From: an uncultured Holophagales bacterium
GTDB lineage: Bacteria > Acidobacteriota > Thermoanaerobaculia > Multivoradales > UBA5704
NCBI GenBank assembly: GCA_963842525.1
Contig: CAWJGT010000003.1
Span: forward strand, 1,024,001 to 1,088,000
DNA length: 64,000 bases
Direction of reading: 5' to 3'
Below are positions 59,475-64,000 of this stretch, piece after piece (positions within the stretch are counted from its first letter, which is position 1; the number at the start of each line of letters is the position of its first letter). Below the pieces are notes generated by a model. That model had not been told where the DNA came from. It worked only from the letters and a program-made list of their open reading frames with translations, and made no database searches. Made by a program: the position numbers and the translations under genes.

Positions 59475-61155
59475 ATGAAGCCCAGGATTCCGACGTTTTC
59501 GCTGTTTGCGATGTTGATCCTCTCCGTGGTCCCACCCTCCTTTGCAGAGGACAGTGCCGACCTCATCCTGGAACACGGAGTCTTCTATCCGGTCCAGCCG
59601 CCGGGCCGGGTCGAGGGCAGCCTCGCGGTGCGGGGCGGGCGCATCGTCTATCTCGGGCCGGACGCCGGAGCCGCGCCGCTGCGCGGCCCGAAGACCCGGG
59701 TGGTGGACCTCGCCGGCCGTACCGTCACCCCGGGGCTGATCGACGCCCACTCCCACCTGCTCGGCCTGGGTGAGGCCCTGTCCCAGGTCAACCTGGTCGG
59801 CGCGGCCACCTTCGACGAGATCGTCCGCCGGGTGCGCGAGGCGGCCGGCCGGGCGCCCGCGGGCACCTGGGTCAACGGCCAGGGCTGGGACCAGAACCTC
59901 TGGCCGGACAAGCAGTTCCCCCACCACGCCGCCCTCTCGGCGGCAGTGCCCGATCATCCGGTCTGGCTCAGCCGGATCGACGGCCATGCGGCCCTGGTCA
60001 ACGCCCAGGCCATGAAGGCCCTGGGGATCGATGAGGCGGTCAAGGACCCCGTCGGGCGGCCGCTACCTGCGCGACGCCGCGGGGAAGCTCACGGGCGTGA
60101 TGATCGACAATGCCATGGGGGACGCCGCCGACCGGCTGCCCGACGTGTCCCAGGCCGAGCGGGAGAGATGGCTGCTCGACGCGGGCCGCCACTGCCTGGC
60201 GGTCGGCCTGACCACGGTCACCGACATGGGGATCGAGGAGGCGGACTACCAGGCCTATGCGGCCCTGCGCCGCTCGAACCGGCTGCCCCTGCGCGCGGCC
60301 CTCTTCCTGACCGACGACGAGGCGGTGCTTGTCCCCTGGTTCAAGCGCGGCCCGGAGATCGATCCCGAGGCGCGGCTCCAGGTCCGCGGCGTGAAGCTCT
60401 ACGCCGACGGCGCCCTGGGGAGCCGCGGCGCGGCGCTCCTCGAGCCCTATAGCGACGACGGCGGGAACTTCGGCCTCCTGACCTCCACTGGAACGCACAT
60501 GGAGGACGTCGCCAAGCGCGCGGCCCAGGCGGGCTTCCAGGTCGGCATCCACGCCATCGGCGACCGCGGCGCCCTGGTGGCGATCGACGCCATGGAGAAC
60601 GCCCTCGGCGGCGCCAGGCCCGAAGCGCGGTTCCGGCTGGAGCACACCCAGGTGGTCCGCGTCCAGGACCTGGAGCGGATGGCGCGGCTGGGCATCATCG
60701 CCTCCATGCAGCCCACGCACGCCACCTCGGACATGCCCTGGGCGGGAGACCGCGTGGGAGAGCGCCGGCTGGAGCGCGCCTACGCCTGGCGCAAGGTCCT
60801 CGACGACCGCGGACGGCTCGCCCTGGGGAGCGACTTCCCCGTGGAGTCGGCCGACCCGCGGCTCGGCCTCTATGCCGCCGTGACCCGGCAGGACCTCCAG
60901 GGACGTCCGGAGGGCGGCTGGCTCCCGGGCGAGCGGCTGACCCGCGAGGAGGCCCTCCGCGGCTTCACTCTCGACGCCGCCTGGTCGGTCTTCCTGGACA
61001 AGGAGGTCGGCTCCCTGGAAAAGGGCAAGCGGGCCGACTTGGTCGTCTTCGCGCGCGACATCATGGCCGTCCCCGCGGCGGAGATCCCCAAGGTGGAGGT
61101 CGACATGACCGTGGTGGACGGCGCTATCGTCTACGAGAGGGGAAGCCGACGGTGA
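59475..61155 (+). CDS. Amidohydrolase 3 family (YtcJ-like) with signal peptide (frameshift near 60050)
   Basis: PGLIDAHSH, KLYADGALGSRGA, HAIGD, RLEH, SMQPTH, GSDFPVE. Confidence 0.9.
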
Positions 61156-61874
61156 GAAGGATCCGCCCGCTGGCTGCGGGGCTCGCGTTGCTCCTGAGCG
61201 TTGCCGCTCCGGTCCTGGACCGGCCGGCCGCCGCGGAGGACTTGTACGCGCTCCAGCGGAAGACCATGGTGGCGGACATCCGCCAGCGCGGCATCACCCA
61301 GCAGGAGGTGCTGGCCGCCATGCAGCAGGTCCCTCGCCACCTCTTCGTCCCGGACTCGGTGCGCGAGCATGCGTACCAGGACCAGCCGCTGCAGCTCGGC
61401 AACGGGCGGTCGATCTACCAGCCCTATGTCGTGGCTCTCATGACCTCGTTGCTCAACCTCAAGAAAGGCGACAAGGTCCTGGAGGTGGGCACCGGCACCG
61501 GCTATCACGCGGCCGTCCTGTCGCGCATCGCGCGCGAGGTCTACTCCATGGAGATTGTCCCGCCGGTGGCGAGCCAGGCGAGGCAGCGGCTGTCTGCCCT
61601 GGGCTACCACAACGTCGAGGTCCGGGCCGGCAACGGCTACCTCGGAATGCCGGACAAGGCGCCTTTCGACGCCATCCTCCTCTCGGCCGCGCCGACCCAG
61701 ATCCCCAAGGCGTTGCTCGACCAGCTCCGGGTCGGCGGCAAGATGGTGGCGCCGGTGGGCGGCTTTTTCCAGGACCTGCAGGTGATCACCAAGACGGCGG
61801 ACGGCCTCGAGAAGCGCACCATGATCCCGGTCCGCCTGTCGCCGATGACCGGCAAGGAGCGCGATGCGCACTGA
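61152..61874 (+). CDS. pcm: Protein-L-isoaspartate O-methyltransferase with N-terminal signal/anchor
   Basis: VPRHLFV, QPYVVA, VLEVGTGTGY, APFDAI. Confidence 0.93.
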   Translation: MRRIRPLAAGLALLLSVAAPVLDRPAAAEDLYALQRKTMVADIRQRGITQQEVLAAMQQVPRHLFVPDSVREHAYQDQPLQLGNGRSIYQPYVVALMTSLLNLKKGDKVLEVGTGTGYHAAVLSRIAREVYSMEIVPPVASQARQRLSALGYHNVEVRAGNGYLGMPDKAPFDAILLSAAPTQIPKALLDQLRVGGKMVAPVGGFFQDLQVITKTADGLEKRTMIPVRLSPMTGKERDAH

Positions 61875-62003
61875 GGCCCCTCACCCCCGGCCCCTCTCCC
61901 ATCGCCCCCCCTTCCTCCGGGAGAGGGGAGAAAGGCATCTCTGGTTTTCTTTCCCCCTCTCCCGGTTGGTGGGGGGCGATGGGAGAGGGGGGCCAGGGGG
62001 GTG
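61875..62003. repeat. CCCCTCTCCC-family inverted repeat pair
   Basis: CCTCACCCCCGGCCCCTCTCCCATCGCCCCC ... GGGGGCGATGGGAGAGGGGGGCCAGGGGGGTGAGG. Confidence 0.7.
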
Positions 62004-62714
62004 AGGCGTCTGCCGGCCCTGGCGGTGCTCGCCGTCGCCGCCTTCGCGTGCCTCGGAGCAAGCGGGGCCGACCCCTACATCGAAGCTCGCCGGCGGATGG
62101 TCGAGGAGCAGATCCGCCAGCGCGACATCTCGCAGCCCGGCGTGCTCGCCGCACTGACGCGGGTGGAGCGCCATCGCTTCGTCCCCGCATCCGAGCGCCC
62201 GTCCGCCTATGCCGACAGGCCTCTCCCGATCGGCCACAGGCAGACGATCTCGCAACCCTATATCGTGGCGCTCATGACCCAGCTCCTGGGCGTCGGGCCG
62301 GGCGACAAGGTGCTGGAGATCGGCACGGGCTCGGGCTATCAGGCGGCGGTGCTGGCGGAGATCGTCGGCCAGGTCTACACGATCGAGATCATCGAGCCGC
62401 TCGGCCTCCAGGCGGCGGGCACCCTGCAGCGCCTCGGCTACCGCAACGTCCAGGTGCGCATCGGCGACGGCTACAAGGGGTGGCCCGAGAAGGGCCCCTT
62501 CGACGGCATCCTGGTGACCGCCGCCCCGCCGCAGGTCCCCCGGCCCCTCCTCGACCAGGTCAAGGTCGGCGGCCGGATCGTGCTGCCGGTCGGCCAGGGC
62601 TGGCAGGATCTGCGTGTCATGACCAAGCTCGCCGACGGCAGCTTCGAGACGCGCAGCGTCGCCCCGGTCCGCTTCGTCCCCATGACCGGCCAGGCCCAGC
62701 AGGTGCCGCGTTGA
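62001..62714 (+). CDS. pcm: Protein-L-isoaspartate O-methyltransferase, second paralog, with signal/anchor
   Basis: QTISQPYIVA, VLEIGTGSGYQAA, GPFDGILVTAA, VRFVPM. Confidence 0.95.
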   Translation: MRRLPALAVLAVAAFACLGASGADPYIEARRRMVEEQIRQRDISQPGVLAALTRVERHRFVPASERPSAYADRPLPIGHRQTISQPYIVALMTQLLGVGPGDKVLEIGTGSGYQAAVLAEIVGQVYTIEIIEPLGLQAAGTLQRLGYRNVQVRIGDGYKGWPEKGPFDGILVTAAPPQVPRPLLDQVKVGGRIVLPVGQGWQDLRVMTKLADGSFETRSVAPVRFVPMTGQAQQVPR

Positions 62715-62833
62715 TCCCCAGCCTGTAACTTTTCTCGTCCTCCTGCGCCTTCAAGAGGGGGATGCGGCTCGGGCAAGGTATAGTGATCCGCGTATGGAAG
62801 CTGCGTCCACATCTTTCGAAGAGGAGGATCGAC

Positions 62834-63964
62834 ATGAACAGACTCGGCAGGTTGATGGGCGTAGGGCGGTCCGAGATGTCGCGGGCTGGGCGCCTCTTGA
62901 CGATCGTGATGTTGGCCGGAGCCGCCCTGGTGGCGTTGCCGGGCGCCGGGCAGGCCCAGCCGTTCGGGGCCTGGCTGATCTCCTCCCCGGGATACCCCAC
63001 CTCCAGCGGCTGGGTCGAGATTCCCCACAATGCAGCCCTCAACCCGACAGGCGCCTTCACCTTCGAGGCCTGGGTGGCGATCACCAACAACGTGGCGGGC
63101 GAGGACTGCCGGAGCATCGCGGGCAAGAACTACCTGCAGGCCTGGTGGCTGGGCCTCTGCAATGTCGGCGGCCAGCCGACCCTGCGGACCTACCTGAAGG
63201 GCGGGAGCTCCCTCAGGAACGGCGGCAGGATCACTCGCAACGAATGGACCCACATCGCGGTGGTCTTCAACGGCGCGCAACGCCTTCACTACATCAACGG
63301 CGAGCTCGCGGCGACGTTTGCCGAAGCCGGCCCGCTGACCACCAGCACCGACCCCATGCGCATCGGCAGCGACGAGTCGTGGGAGCGCTCGCCCACGGGC
63401 AGCATCGACGAGGTTCGCCTCTGGAACGTGGCGCGCACCCTGGCCCAGATCCGCGCCAGCATCAACAAGCGGATCAACACCGCCCAGCCCGGCCTGGTCG
63501 CCGTCTGGTCGTTGGATGGCAACGGCAACGACGTCATCGGCCCCCGCGACGGAGCAGCCCAGGGGACCGGGGTGTCGTTCTTGACCTCCCCCGTGGCGTT
63601 CTCCTGCGGCGCGAACACCGCGACCGCCCTCTGCCTCCAGGACCGCTACAGCATCAGGACCCAATGGCGGACCTCCCCGACTCCGGGGACCTCGGATGGC
63701 GACGGCCAGACGGTCCCCGTGGTCAACATCGGCTCCGGCCTCTTCTGGTTCTTCAGCTCGACCAACTGGGAGGTCATGGTCAAGGTGATCAACGGCTGTG
63801 GTCTCAACAACCGGTACTGGGTCTTCTCGGCCGCCACCACCAACGTCTTCTACCGGGTGGAGGTCACGGACGTCCGCTCCGGAACGAACAAGATCTACTT
63901 CAACTACCCCGGACCGCCGGCGCCGGCTGTGACCGACACCGACGCCTTCGCGACCTGCCCCTGA
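62834..63964 (+). CDS. Secreted LamG-like jellyroll protein with a C-terminal Cys-containing domain
   Basis: FTFEAWV, WTHIAVV, YING, GSIDEVRLWN; C-terminal FWFFSSTNWEVMVKVINGC; AGGAGG RBS. Confidence 0.85.
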   Translation: MNRLGRLMGVGRSEMSRAGRLLTIVMLAGAALVALPGAGQAQPFGAWLISSPGYPTSSGWVEIPHNAALNPTGAFTFEAWVAITNNVAGEDCRSIAGKNYLQAWWLGLCNVGGQPTLRTYLKGGSSLRNGGRITRNEWTHIAVVFNGAQRLHYINGELAATFAEAGPLTTSTDPMRIGSDESWERSPTGSIDEVRLWNVARTLAQIRASINKRINTAQPGLVAVWSLDGNGNDVIGPRDGAAQGTGVSFLTSPVAFSCGANTATALCLQDRYSIRTQWRTSPTPGTSDGDGQTVPVVNIGSGLFWFFSSTNWEVMVKVINGCGLNNRYWVFSAATTNVFYRVEVTDVRSGTNKIYFNYPGPPAPAVTDTDAFATCP

Positions 63965-64000
63965 CGCCTGACGCCTGAATGAAATAATGGGAGCCGTGCA

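Overview
High-GC (roughly two-thirds G+C by eye) chromosomal segment, most consistent with an Acidobacteriota genome, possibly Thermoanaerobaculia-like. That call rests on an ADOP permease, an acidobacterial-type VWA protein, HTH-TPR proteins and repeated lineage-type C-terminal domains. Housekeeping genes: ahcY (behind an SAH riboswitch), class II DAHP synthase, mqnD, a gph-like HAD, smpB, fadL, uvrA, iaaA and two pcm. Accessory content: a CHAT-TIR-STAND-TPR NLR-like protein, three secreted M12 metalloproteases, a hicBA TA pair, a PD-(D/E)XK+PIN pair, an EGLN/PHD-like hydroxylase-glycosyltransferase fusion, and a sigma54/partner-switching locus with small Cys-rich peptides. There are also several REP-like palindrome families, two non-autonomous TIR-bounded elements and four unrelated ~21-bp-period tandem arrays. 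Top candidate for an undescribed system: a secreted precursor with three Cys-bracketed GCxIDPLG cores lying between XRE-HTH(-TPR) regulator genes, resembling RRNPP-type peptide signalling in a diderm. About nine single-base frameshifts in otherwise intact genes are probably assembly indel errors. No rRNA, tRNA or CRISPR array was recognised. All family calls are from motif recognition by eye, not database searches.
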